DNA of 63,994 nucleotides, filler included, from Stramenopiles sp. TOSAG23-6 (Eukaryota): the NCBI GenBank assembly GCA_900128565.1. It is 9 parts of 9 records of this genome, joined end to end, with 100 filler letters (N's around TTAATTAATTAA, not from the genome) between each part and the next. Parts side by side here need not be neighbours in the genome. Positions count along the whole stretch, not along the records: positions 21,736 to 28,872 come from LT636604.1; positions 28,973 to 36,104 come from LT636605.1; positions 36,205 to 43,328 come from LT636606.1; 6 more parts are not named here. The stretch is one strand, 5' to 3'. A program made the translations under genes and the position numbers. Below are positions 24,350 through 36,284 of this stretch, piece by piece; within the stretch, counting starts at the first letter, position 1, and the number at the start of each line of letters is the position of its first letter. A model generated the notes under the pieces. It ran no database searches. It was not told where the DNA came from and saw only the letters and a program-made list of their open reading frames with translations.

Positions 24350-25045
24350 TTAGTGTCTTTTTGACTTTGTCTTATTTCGTAATTTTCGTGATCGCTGCAC
24401 AAACATGTGTGTGTATAGAATGAAAAACCCAAATAGAAAAGCAGGGCCATATACAAAATATATGAAATCTTTAAGCAGAAATTTTGTACCTAGAAAAGTT
24501 CTCTCATGAACTTGGTCTTTAGCTAACCACATGACAGTTCCTTCTCCAAGAGCTCCAAGTGGATACATTGGTATGAATATGGTGTACCTGAGATATGTAA
24601 GTATTGATGGTGCACCGCCAAAGAATGATTTGCTAAATAACCAGGGGAAGCGAATCAACTCAGTTGAAACCCAAGCAATGTAGATTAGGAAAAGCGATTG
24701 TTCCTGATGCAAGGAAGGTGTGGAACACACAACAAGTATGAAAACCGTATTTCGTGCAATCAACTGTAATGCAACATTGAAAAATGGTGTAGGAAGAATA
24801 CCAGATAGGCTTAGCAGAAGCTCAAACATGGCGACTCGCTGACATAAAAGCATCCCCGAACCAGCCGCCAGATGATTAGTTTGGACAATTTTCTCAAAGT
24901 CCCAATCTTGAAGCACCGCATTTGTTATCATAGCAAGAGCAACACGATACCATAAAAAACATTGCGTCCCATTATAAAGTGTTGTGATTACTCTATGTAG
25001 CAATGCCTTTGTGTGCTCTATTTTACGAGGCGCGGAAGACATCAA
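24350..25045 (-). CDS. HACD: Very-long-chain 3-hydroxyacyl-CoA dehydratase (PTPLA/PHS1/HACD family)
   Basis: AWVSTELIRFPW, LRYTIFIPMYPLGALGE, and HMFVQRSRKL with a basic tail. Confidence 0.9.
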   Translation of the reverse strand: MMSSAPRKIEHTKALLHRVITTLYNGTQCFLWYRVALAMITNAVLQDWDFEKIVQTNHLAAGSGMLLCQRVAMFELLLSLSGILPTPFFNVALQLIARNTVFILVVCSTPSLHQEQSLFLIYIAWVSTELIRFPWLFSKSFFGGAPSILTYLRYTIFIPMYPLGALGEGTVMWLAKDQVHERTFLGTKFLLKDFIYFVYGPAFLFGFFILYTHMFVQRSRKLRNKTKSKRH

Positions 25046-25407
25046 ATCAAAGTCGAATTCAAAATGTTTCCCAAGATGGAATCAGATTCTAGCTATAGTA
25101 AGTACCTACTACGACACACACGTATAATACGTCATGGCCAAAAATTGCTACTTTTGATTTTTTTACAGTTATTTCGTGTTGATATATACGTACGGTAAAA
25201 TTAACCGATGAGATCGATGAGATCCAAAACTTTCGAAGATTTGTGTGAAAGAGAGATCTAGATCTCAAGATTGTGTTTTTCTAAAAATATTTGAAACTTT
25301 GTCGCATTGTATGCACCAAATATTTTAGAGAAACATTATAATATATACAACTTTTTCATTAGAAACCGTATTTGAGAACTTTCATTTAGTAAAAACGCTA
25401 TCGCCAA

Positions 25408-27085
25408 ATGTCTAATTCAGAATCGTTCGACGAAGAAAAAGAAAATCTGACCATTGCTTCCACAACGGAAGATCTCCGAGAAGAAATATTGTATTCAATT
25501 GAAGCTATTCTTGTTTCTCACCATGAGAATTTGCGTCGAACGGCTAAGATTGAACAACGCTTATCTTTATGCATGGATCAAGTTGAAACACCGTTTCCAA
25601 ATTGTTTGTCTTTGCTCATGCCTGCGCTGGTTCTTTTAGAGATAGATCTTTATGAATTTTTGCCTACGTACATTTTTGCGCTGCAGATAGCGATAGTATG
25701 CGTCGTTTTTCTTACATACATGCATACTAATTTGTGGAAAATAGTGAAAACTATTCAGGGTAATATTCAAATAAACAAAAACGCAACTACCAAAAAAGAT
25801 ACAAATAAATTGTGCGTAAAACTGTTTAAACATAACGACGATACAAATAAACGAGATTCTATAAATACAAAAGCAATTCCAATTCTATCGCCTCTGCAAC
25901 AAAAGACACCAACAAAGGAAAGTGATATGTCATATGTATCTTCTCTAGTCAAATCCATTGCTCTGTCAGCTGATACGTTACATAATTTAGGGCGACATGT
26001 ACGTTTTCATTTTAATTTCGATTTTTTTTTTTTTGTACCAAATTCTGTACCTAACAAATTTTTAAAAAATATATATTTTTTCACATACATGAAGAAGTCG
26101 TTAAACTTCTAGAGAATGGAAAGTGTGGTAATGTATATTCACTGGCTTTTGAATTAAGAGGAATATCTAAAGCAGTGCTTTTATGGCGATTAGCCCGTGC
26201 TTATTGGGAGTTAAGTGAATTGAGAAAAGCGGCAAAAGATTCAAAAGGAAGGATAAAAATGTCAAGACACGCAAAATATACGTTTTCATCATTATGAATC
26301 TTTTTTTTTTACTATGAAAATTTTCATAGGAAATTTTGTACCTAACAATTTTTTTTAGATTTTTTTTTGAAATATTTTTTTACAATATTTATGTTTCATT
26401 TGAAGCACTCAAAACTGATCCACTTTCTCCAATGGGATATATTTGGTATGCAATATGTAATGAGGAGGCAGCAAGTGCAGGTGGGATTATTGTTGAAAAA
26501 GTGAAAGCGGGTCAGGAGTTCAAAGAAAATGTACATTTTCAAAATTGAAACCCTAACCCTTTTTTTTTTCATAGTAAATTTTGTACCTAACAAAAAAAAA
26601 TTTTCAAAAAAAAAAAATATTTTTTCACAATACATGCCTCAAAGGCCTTGAAAATGCTTGAAGACAATGCAAATAGTGCTCATGCTTTCCGTGATAAATT
26701 TGGCCAAATTCTCGTATCAAATGATTTTGATATCACTGTGGAGAGTGAAAAATGCAATGTTTTATATATGCTTGGTCGATGGTCATATGAGGTGGCATGT
26801 ATCAGCTGGTGGGAGAGAAAAGCTGCTGAAGCAGTAGCTGGAAAGATTCCAGAATCATCATTCAATGAAGCCTTAGATATGTTCAATCAGGCTTTGAATT
26901 GCAATATTGAATTGAAACCAGGTTCAACAATAATGCACGCAATCTATTTGTGGAAGGGTAAAACTCTGATGAAGTTAAATAGAAAAGACGAAGCGGTCGA
27001 AAGTTTGAAGAAAATCACTACAAAATTACCACAAAATACTCCAGAGCAAAAAGCTTTCCACAAACGAAGTCAAAAATATATATGA
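25408..27085 (+). CDS. Regulator of microtubule dynamics (RMDN/PTPIP51)-like TPR protein; introns 25999-26090, 26278-26390 and 26531-26635
   Basis: LLWRLARAY, WYAIC and YMLGRWSYEVACISWWERKAA...PESSFNEAL. Confidence 0.85.
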
Positions 27086-27102
27086 TATTTTATATAAATA
27101 AA

Positions 27103-27507
27103 CTAAATAATTATACATCCAATTGTCGAACAACATTTTAAATATACAGGTTGCCTTGAACTCGAAGTGCGTTGTACTTGTCGAGGAGTTGTTGTACTCA
27201 AGTTGTATGTTTGAACCAAATCTTCAAGAACAGTATCTGGTAATATCTTCTTTACCATAATCATCAATGATGGTTCACCTATTTTATCTCGGATTAAGCT
27301 AAACAGTGTATTCCACTCGTCTCTGTTAAGAAGCTCCTCATTTTGCTTTTCTGTCAAGTCCCAGAAATCGAGTAGAACACTAGCATTGTCAATAAGATCA
27401 CGTTGTCCGATTGTGTTTGTGGCATTTGTGTCTAGAACTGAGAAAATACGAGCTGCAACACGGCCAAGAGGAATCTTTGTAATATCATTTTTATCGCATA
27501 CCGGCAT
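27103..27507 (-). CDS. Small protein with a degenerate EF-hand-like motif
   Basis: IFSVLDTNATNTIGQRDL, and a CC-containing C-terminus. Confidence 0.5.
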   Translation of the reverse strand: MPVCDKNDITKIPLGRVAARIFSVLDTNATNTIGQRDLIDNASVLLDFWDLTEKQNEELLNRDEWNTLFSLIRDKIGEPSLMIMVKKILPDTVLEDLVQTYNLSTTTPRQVQRTSSSRQPVYLKCCSTIGCIII

Positions 27508-27705
27508 ACTAACTATTTTGTTATAAAATATTCCCTATATAATGGTTTCCTTCTGTTTGAATGCAAAAGAATGTTCTTCTTAAATATAGATAGGCTACTA
27601 TTAGGAATCTAGTCAAAATTTTCATCAAACCATCAACCTCAAACCGTGTCAAAAAAAACAAAAAAAAAATGATTTGATTTCGCATGTCATTTTCCTTTCT
27701 TTTTC

Positions 27706-28872
27706 TTAATTTTTCTTTCTTTTTCTATATTTCTTTGATTTTTTTTTAATTTTTTTCTTTGTAGATTTTCTGTGTGCTTTGNTATTGTTGTTACTCTTGC
27801 TAAATTTTTCTCCAACTGAAATGCTTGACTTGAAAAGCTCATCAAAGAATTCAAGAATTTCGAGCCGAATTGCTCTGATTTTGTTACCCATAAGTTCTTG
27901 TAAGCATTTTGTATTTTCTGAAAGATTTTTTTTTCTTTTTTGTTTTTTTTTCGAATTCTGTTTTTTTACTTTGTTTTTCATAGGGAATTTTGTACCCATT
28001 ATTTTTTTTACTTCAAGTTGTTTATCTCCACTGCCTGAATGCGACGTTAAGTTGACTCTATCCGAAAATTTTGTAAATGTATCCGATGCCAGTTGATATA
28101 TATACTGTGAAAAATATTTTTTTGTAAAATTTATTAAAAACTTTGTACGAAACCAAAAAAAAAAAAAACATAAATTTGAAATTTATGAGGAAAATATACA
28201 ACTGCGCTGCTCCCACATTTAGCATATGTTGTACAGTGCCTTCATCAAGAAAATAACGTGTCTTGAAAAAAATTGGTATCTCAGATGGTGGTGCAATATC
28301 TACAGGTCGAAATGGCAATCTATGTTTTTTTATTTCTTCAAGAATGTATTGTGAAAAATATTTTTTTTGTTTTTAGAAATAAAAAAAATCGTTAGCCTAT
28401 GAAATTTGTACGAGAAAACAAAAGTGTAGATAAAAATCCAATTTTGAAAATGTACATATTGTACCGTAAACTTTCCATTACATATCTTAGATTTAGATGT
28501 ACTGCAGCAATAATATTAGACATTTTTTCAATTGATTGTGACTTTGAACAAACTGCTTCTATACCGTCCTTTGCCAGTAAATTAATAAATCCATCATGTA
28601 TTGATTTGATATTAAAAGTATTAAATGTCGATGGAAATCTTACTTCATCAATTTTGAAAAGCTTTTTTAAAGTGTCAAGTTTTTCTTCTATAGTGCCTTC
28701 AATCAGAGAAGGCACCTGATGAAATCCATTTAATCTTAAACCTCCTGAATCATACTGACCTAGAGAGATGACATCTCCAAGATTCATAGTTGCATGANGC
28801 CTGCCTNGAGGTACGTACATAGTCTCTCCTTTCTGTAATATACATGAGGCTATCATACCTTTATCTCGGGCT
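27706..28872 (-). CDS. JmjC/cupin domain protein, C-terminal part; introns 28344-28455 and 28100-28199
   Basis: CILQKGETMYVPxGRxHATMNL matches the JmjC C-terminus. Splicing joins three ORFs that end in a Lys-rich tail. Confidence 0.75.
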
Positions 28873-29063
28873 NNNNNNNNNNNNNNNNNNNNNNNNNNNN
28901 NNNNNNNNNNNNNNNNTTAATTAATTAANNNNNNNNNNNNNNNNNNNNNNNNNNNNNNNNNNNNNNNNNNNNATTTCAAAAAAAAAAAACTTAAATTTGT
29001 TAGGTACAAAATTTCGTACGAAAAAAAAACGATTTTTTTGTTAAAAAAAAAAATAAAACATAC

Positions 29064-29936
29064 ATAAGTAGTGGATTGCCTCCAATGTCAAAATACATGC
29101 CAAGGTTTGAAAGTTGAACTTGTTTAGAAGAACAGAAAGTTACAAGTGCTTTAAACTCTTTCAAGCAAAAAGTCAATTGTGTGTCTATAGTTAACTGACT
29201 ATGAACAAAATCATTCCGTATTGTGAAAAAATATTTTTTTTTGGTAGAAATAAAAAAGTCGTTAGGTACAAAATTTCGTACGAAAAAATAAATAAATTTG
29301 AAATTCATGATGGAGGCGTACACAATTAATACTCAAATCTGTCTGTAAAGTATTATATACATCAGCGCCATCAAGTGTTGGATGGAACGAGGAAAGATTT
29401 AAAGATGTCTCTGACGCTTCTACGGCTAAAACAATTTCTTGCGTTCCAGCAATATGATCAACTAACTCTTTTAGCATTAAAGTGCGTGCAATCACCATAT
29501 TAGAAACCTTATCTTGGTCATATAAAGCCTGCATGATATCGGCTTCCTCGAAAACAAAAGAATATGTTTTTACCATACCATATTTACAGTGAACTTTGAA
29601 AATAAGTGCTGGTTCAACACCGTCTGTGTGGAGGGTCATGACAACACGCTCAACACTACGAGACGTCCGAAAAACACTAAGGCAACATTTCATCGATATT
29701 CGAATAGGCGGCACATTGCCAGTGGAACGAAAGTCTTCAAAGAAATCAACACAGAAGTCAAACTTTGAGAAGGCTTGTTTGGAATCACTGAGAGCTCGAA
29801 GACGCATCATGGAATTGCAAACTTCAATCGAAACTTCTTTTCCGATTTGAGCAAGGCATTTCAAAGCTTGAGATAGTATCAATAAATTATTGGCACCGAC
29901 CGACGCCATGAAAGATGCATTTCCAGAGGAAGACAT
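29064..29936 (-). CDS. RAD9: Checkpoint clamp subunit Rad9, 3'-truncated; intron 29216-29321
   Basis: ALKCLAQIGKEV, LRALSDSKQAF, CKYGMVKTY, TFCLKEFKAL and YFDIGGNPL. Confidence 0.9.
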
Positions 29937-30541
29937 GCTGCCAAATAGTAGGATCTACTAGTTCTAAACTTGATTTATACACACTATTATAATGATAGGC
30001 TAAGTACAAAAAATATGGATATCATGACAGTCCAAATATGATCTTTATTCATTATTCATACTTCATGTTAACGAAGAAGAACTGTTCAACTGTTTTGTCG
30101 TTCGTTGTGACTTTGACAACCTTTAACTTAAGTTAAGTTAAGTTTGACTTTGACAGACTTGACTGCGACTTGACTAAGTCTTTGACATTGAAATAAATCA
30201 ATGAAAAAATGAATCAAATTTGTCAAAAACAGTTTTGTTCCACTAGTATTAAAAGAAGAAATTTTTTTGAAAATTATTTTTATGTTTTTTCAAATTATTA
30301 CTGCGATTGATTACTTGCCGCGCGCCCGCAGCGACTACAGTATATTTACTATCTAGCGGCTGCTGCAGCAGCTATATAATAAAATAGCAAACGATACCTC
30401 TCTGAGATCTTTTTATCGTCAAACTGATAGATATTAGTAAGAAGAACTGATTGACAATTATTTTCAAATAGTAAGTGTATTATTTATTATTAGCAAAGTG
30501 AAAAGTGAAACTCGGGCAAAACTTAAACATACAAAGAAACA

Positions 30542-30973
30542 ATGTTAACGAATATTTTTCATATAATATTTTTAGCTTTAATTTTTGTCGGAAAAATCTC
30601 AAATGCTGAGGCAAAACATCACTCGCGCTTACGACGTAAGCTTAAGGCTTTACAGCATCATCATAATGGACAGAAAAAAGTACAAAATGACCAAAACGGT
30701 AAAGAAATTTCTCGTCGTCTTCTTCCTGAAATTCTTGGAGCGAATGTTTTTCGCTTTACAAAGGTTTCTAAAACAGACGACGATGACGACAAGAAAAAAG
30801 GCTTGACTAAACTTCAAATAAGCAATATCATTAGTCTTTGTAATGATGCGGATGATAATGGTCTTCCTCAAAAAGCCTGTATGGATAGAGAATTGAAAAA
30901 AGTGCAAAGTGAAGAAGATAACGCAGCAGCCTTAGACATAAATTACGCAAATGGACTCAATGAGTATCCTTGA
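30542..30973 (+). CDS. Small secreted hypothetical protein
   Basis: Signal-peptide-like MLTNIFHIIFLALIFVGKISNAEA; 143 aa. Confidence 0.6.
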   Translation: MLTNIFHIIFLALIFVGKISNAEAKHHSRLRRKLKALQHHHNGQKKVQNDQNGKEISRRLLPEILGANVFRFTKVSKTDDDDDKKKGLTKLQISNIISLCNDADDNGLPQKACMDRELKKVQSEEDNAAALDINYANGLNEYP

Positions 30974-31537
30974 GACGAAACTTCAACTGAAATTTCTTTT
31001 TATTTTGAATTGCCAAATCGGCTATCATTGTATAGATTGTATAACAATATCAATATAATGCTTGTATTACTATTAGTAAGAAGATAAATAGTTATATTAG
31101 TTTAGTAAGAAATGAGGATCGATGAGGATTAAAAGAAACTCTTTTTTTTTCGTGAGAAAATAAAATGTCGCGAAATTTGAAATTCGAATCTAATACTAGT
31201 ATTAATATATAATAATTATATAATAACTAATAAATTCTCCTTTTATAATATTATTATCGTAATTTTCACTTCAATTTTGTTTTTTTTGAGGTTTTTGATG
31301 TGATGGCGATGCGCGATGATGATGGCCGATTTTTCATTTTTTTGACTACTGTTTCGCACACAAACAAAGTAGATAGTGATGATCTAAGATCAAGATCATC
31401 ATCAGATTTTCTCAGTCTCTCTCTCTCACTCGTGTCTAAAGGCTAAAGTTATCGTAGCTAACTTCTTCGCCAACGAAAGTTGTACACTGGTTGTGTTACG
31501 TGGCATATTTATCCATTTAGATCAATACGAAGCCCAT

Positions 31538-34500
31538 ATGTCATCACCCAACCGAGATGGACTTTGGCATCCGCGGGAGCGTGACTATATTGGTGAAAAA
31601 GCGCAATTTTTTCTTTCGAGAGAACGCTGCAGTGACCATCCACTTGTTACAGAGGGGAATTCTTCTATGAAAAATGCCCGAGTCGTAGAAACGGAAAATT
31701 CCCCTCAAAAATCAAAACAAAAATCAAAACAAAAATCTTTATCTACGTCAGAAAATACAGATATCGATCCGTTATCTATGATGTTGACAGAGTCATGTGG
31801 GGACCCTCTCACTTCGATGATGTCTAATATGGACATTAAGTCATCAAAACCAATGCTAGAAAGGGCAAGCATTCACAGAGGCTCAATCAGTCGACCATGG
31901 AAACCTCGCTCGAAGGGAGAAGAGAAATGGGATGAAAAATCAGCTGAGATATTGAAAAGCTGTACACTAACAGGAAAAATTCGTTTTAACGTAAACATCA
32001 TGGATGATTCCGATGCTCAGACTGCTGGTGAAGAAGTAGGTGTATCTCTGGAAAAAGCACGACACAGACTCGAAGAACTTGAAAAACGTGCTAAATCTAG
32101 CGCTTTAACAGAAGAGTACAGTCAAACGGAGTATGTTGATATGATAGATGAGTTAAAAATACAAATCAGAGAAGCATGGGAGGGCAATGAACGTGTCAAC
32201 TCTCTAAAACGAGCAATTCAGTGTGCGAAAATGTTAGGTTCAACAAATGTACCTCAATTTTATCCTTCCATGTTTGTTTTAATATCAGGGGTTTTGGATT
32301 CATTTGGAGATCTTGTGTTTACCCGTATGAAGGCGCGGAGTGAGGAAGTCACGGGTACGTTTTCATCATGAATGTAAAAAAAAAATATTTTGTATGAAAT
32401 TTCGTACCTAACGATTTTTTTTCTTTTTTTTTTTTACAACACATGTGTTCCGTTGAAGGATGATTTTACCCATGAAGATGTTTGTCTAGAGGCTAAAGAA
32501 ACTTGTCGTAATTGGTTTTACAAAATCGCATGTATTAGAGAACTTCTTCCAAGAGTGTACATTGAGATGGCATGTACGTTTTCAAAATTGAATTTCGAAT
32601 TTTTTTTTTTTTTTTGTAAAAAAATTTTGTACCTAACAAATTTTTTTTATTATCCAAAAAAAAAAAAAATAATATTTTTCCAAAATACATTAGTACGATG
32701 TTATAGATTTCTCACATCGGATAAAGACTATCTTGCAATCATTACTAGGATCTCGCATATTCTTAGAGGCATTGGTGACCCTATGGTTGCTTTATATGCC
32801 AGGGTATATCTTTCTAGAGTAGCTCATTCACAACAACTCGATAGGTCGGATCCCACGATATCGTCAATTGATGACTATATATTCTCTATAGGCGAATTTA
32901 AACAGAAAAAAATACAAAATATAGCAAAATCAGCAGGGATTACTTTTGATGAGTTTATGTATGTTTTATTTTTTTTTTTAAACAAAAAATCGATTTTTTT
33001 TTTTTGGTTTCGTACGAAATGTTATACCTAACAATTTGTTTTTGAAATATTTTTCCAAAATACATGTCATTACAGTCTCATGGATTAGAAATGTTACTTC
33101 ACTACTCTGCAGAATTTATGACCAAAAAACAATTTTCAACGATTATGAAGAGATATTCTACTATTTCGGGAGAGAGTTCCGTATTAGTTCCTATAATTCG
33201 AGGAATGCCACCCAAATTTATGGATTTGAATGCGATGAAGTTTGTACATCTAATCAAGGAAAGTAAGATGTGTGATCGAGATGAAAGAAAGGTGGATGAA
33301 GCATATCCATTTGATACTTCACATGTACGTTTTCATCATTCATTTTAATTTCGAATTTAATTTTTTTTTCATACGAAATTTTGTACCTAACGTAAAAATC
33401 AAATTTTTGGAAAAAATTCACAAAATATTCGGATGCATTTATGTACGTTTCATATGAATTTCTATTTAAGTTTTTTTTTCATTTGAAATTTCGTACCTAA
33501 CGATTTTAATGTTTGAAATATTTTTTTATAATCCATGGCTTTAGGTCAAGGATTTTTGGATCACCCTCCACCTAAAGATCTTCGAATACCAGTACTCAAT
33601 GAAGCTTGGAAGGTTATTAAATCTGAAAAGTCATTTGCTAGATACACGTACGTTTTCATTTCATTTCATTTTCGAATTTCTTAATTTTTTTTGGTACGAA
33701 ATTTTGTACCTAACAAAATATTTTTTCACTAAAAAAAAAAAAATATTTTTCACAATACACAAAATGTGTAAAGACGTATATGGCTGTACTTGTGGAACAC
33801 TATAGTGAACGAGAGGTACTAATCCTCTTGAAGGATCTTGTGAAACACGCTAATCAAGTGGAAAACAAAGATATTGAAGATAATTTAGAGGCCATTGAAT
33901 CAACGGTTGAGTCCGTTGTGAAAAATGCATCAGATTTCGGTATGATTTTGACTTCAGAACATTTTATGGCAGTGATGGATTTATTTAAGAGTGACAAGAA
34001 AACAACACTTTGTAAATCAATGTTGACTCATTTTTGTACTACATCTGGTACAACGTCCGATCCTGTTGTCATTCATACAGTATTTGACTTGGCACGAAAT
34101 CTACATGATTCAGTTGATTTGTTATCTACTGTGGAAGAGCGCGAAACTATGGCAAATCTTATTTGCAAATTTATGGAAAAAGTTGATTTTGGGCGTGATT
34201 TGGAACAGCAACTTAATGTATATGTTGATTGTCGTTCAGGCTTTGCAAACTTAGACTCTGTGAATGTGTATGTGTTCAAAATTGAAATTTTTACCTATTT
34301 ATTTTTTCGTACGAAATTTCGTACCTAACGATTTTTTTTAAACTAAAAAAAAAAAAATTCACAATACATCCGGCTTGTTGTTTCAACTGCATCTTTGGTA
34401 ATGCGTGCTCATAAAATTATGTCAGGTCGGCATAATCGTAAAACTGCTGCATTTACTAAAGCTTGTTTGGCATATTGTCATGTTACTATCCCTACAATTG

Positions 34501-35500
34501 ATTCATGTACCTTTCAAAATTAAATGTTAATTTTTTTTTGGTATGAAATTTCGTACCTAATGATTTTTTTCTACAAAATTTTTCACAACACATGTTTTAC
34601 TCGGATGAAACTTTTCTTACATTGTGGGAGAGTTGCATTAATAAATCAGTGTTTACCTCAAATGGAAACAATGCTTAAAGAAGCAATCAATCTTATTGGT
34701 GATGCTCCTGCGATAGACTACATACCTAACTATTCGCGCCTTGGCACAAAGCAGAATACTGAAGGGTGGATGATTTCTTATATTTCTTCTTTATTATCAC
34801 TTCTTGTAGTTATACCAGGGAATCCAGACCCAAAGAAAGGAGCATTTTTTATTTTCAAGGGCTTACTAAAAGCAGTACAGAAATATCCATGGGTTTTGAG
34901 TCAAGGTGGAAAGACGGATGTGTACGTTTTCATTTCAATTTCGATTTTTTTTTTCGTACGAAATTTTGTACCTAACGATTTTGCTTTTGAAATATTTTTT
35001 CACAATACGTGTACATCAAAATGATATCAATGTTGTGTTGTTATTGCCAAAAGCGTCTTCCATATCACGTCCCTGGTGTATCTTCAAATGATGTATTGTA
35101 TGGTACAAGTGACAGAGAATATATTAAACAAGCAAATATTTATATTAATGATTTATTTGACGATGTGTGCCGCGAACAGTTACCCAAATTAATTGTGGGT
35201 GGACAGGAAGAAAAATTGACAAAGATAGGTATGCGTATGGCAATATCTTTACTTAATCAAATTCTCGCTTCAGTTGACATAACACCAAAAACAGCAAAAT
35301 ACGCAACGAAACTTCTGAAATTAGTAGCTAAAAATAAGACAGATCCTGAAACAAGTGAATATATATATTTTGCTAATACTGTTGAGTATCTCCATAAAAT
35401 GTCAACAGTTGCTGAAAGGGAAAAATCAACTACTGTAAAAGAAATCATTTCTCTTCATTTATCAGCTGTTTCTTGTCTAGATGAAACCAAGCGAAAATAA
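31538..35500 (+). CDS. VPS35L: VPS35 endosomal protein-sorting factor-like (C16orf62, Retriever subunit); 9 introns
   Basis: PQFYPSMFVL, AKETCRNWFYKIACIRELLPR, RGIGDPMVALYARVYL, LNEAWKV, DFGRDLEQQL and RKTAAF. Introns at 32355-32444, 32574-32690, 32959-33065, 33325-33428, 33443-33536, 33648-33760, 34268-34369, 34507-34593 and 34922-35010. Confidence 0.95.
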
Positions 35501-35546
35501 ATGGTATATAAAATTCATCAGGTTTACTTTCTTACAAGTAAGTCAA

Positions 35547-35690
35547 ATGTATGAGAGAAACAATGAATCTTTTTATTGAATTATGTATGAGAGACACAAT
35601 GAATCTTTTTATTGAATTATGTATGAGAGACACAATGAATTTTTTTATTGAATTATGTATGAGAGACACAATGAATCTTTTTATTGAATT
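35547..35690. repeat. Tandem repeat, 4 x 36 nt (ATGTATGAGAGACACAATGAATCTTTTTATTGAATT), with an inverted copy at about 36061-36104
   Basis: Units start at 35547, 35583, 35619 and 35655 with no spacers between them. Confidence 0.9.
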
Positions 35691-36284
35691 AGCTTTGGAA
35701 TAAATTAGATATGAAAATACAATGTGATAGAATAGAAATATGTCATAAAATTTTGACTAAATAATTTTATTTTCATATGCATTTCACTATCAATATTAAC
35801 TATGAATATTAACTATGAATATTAACTATGAATATTCCCGTTTATTTTACCTCACTTTTACGATGACCAAATCTAAGGTTTTACAATTTTGATGTGTTTG
35901 TAGTCGTGTAATAAAACTATCTTCTTAGGATTAAGGATCAAAATCATATTATTCAGATAATCTTTTACGAAAAGAGTTTTTTTTTTTTTTTTTTTTTTTC
36001 ATAAAAAATTTCATACCTAAAACAATTTTTTTTTTTTTTTTTTTTTTTCATACAAAATTTCATACATAATTCAATAAAAAGATTCATTGTGTCTCTCATA
36101 CATANNNNNNNNNNNNNNNNNNNNNNNNNNNNNNNNNNNNNNNNNNNNTTAATTAATTAANNNNNNNNNNNNNNNNNNNNNNNNNNNNNNNNNNNNNNNN
36201 NNNNGTATTGTGAAAAAATATATATTTTTTTGTTAGTAAAAAAAATCGTTAGGTACAAATTTTACTATGAAAAAAAAAGAATAC

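Noticed and set aside
35547-35690. 36-nt repeats resembling a CRISPR array
   Set aside because: The units are head-to-tail with no spacers, there are no cas genes, and the context is eukaryotic.
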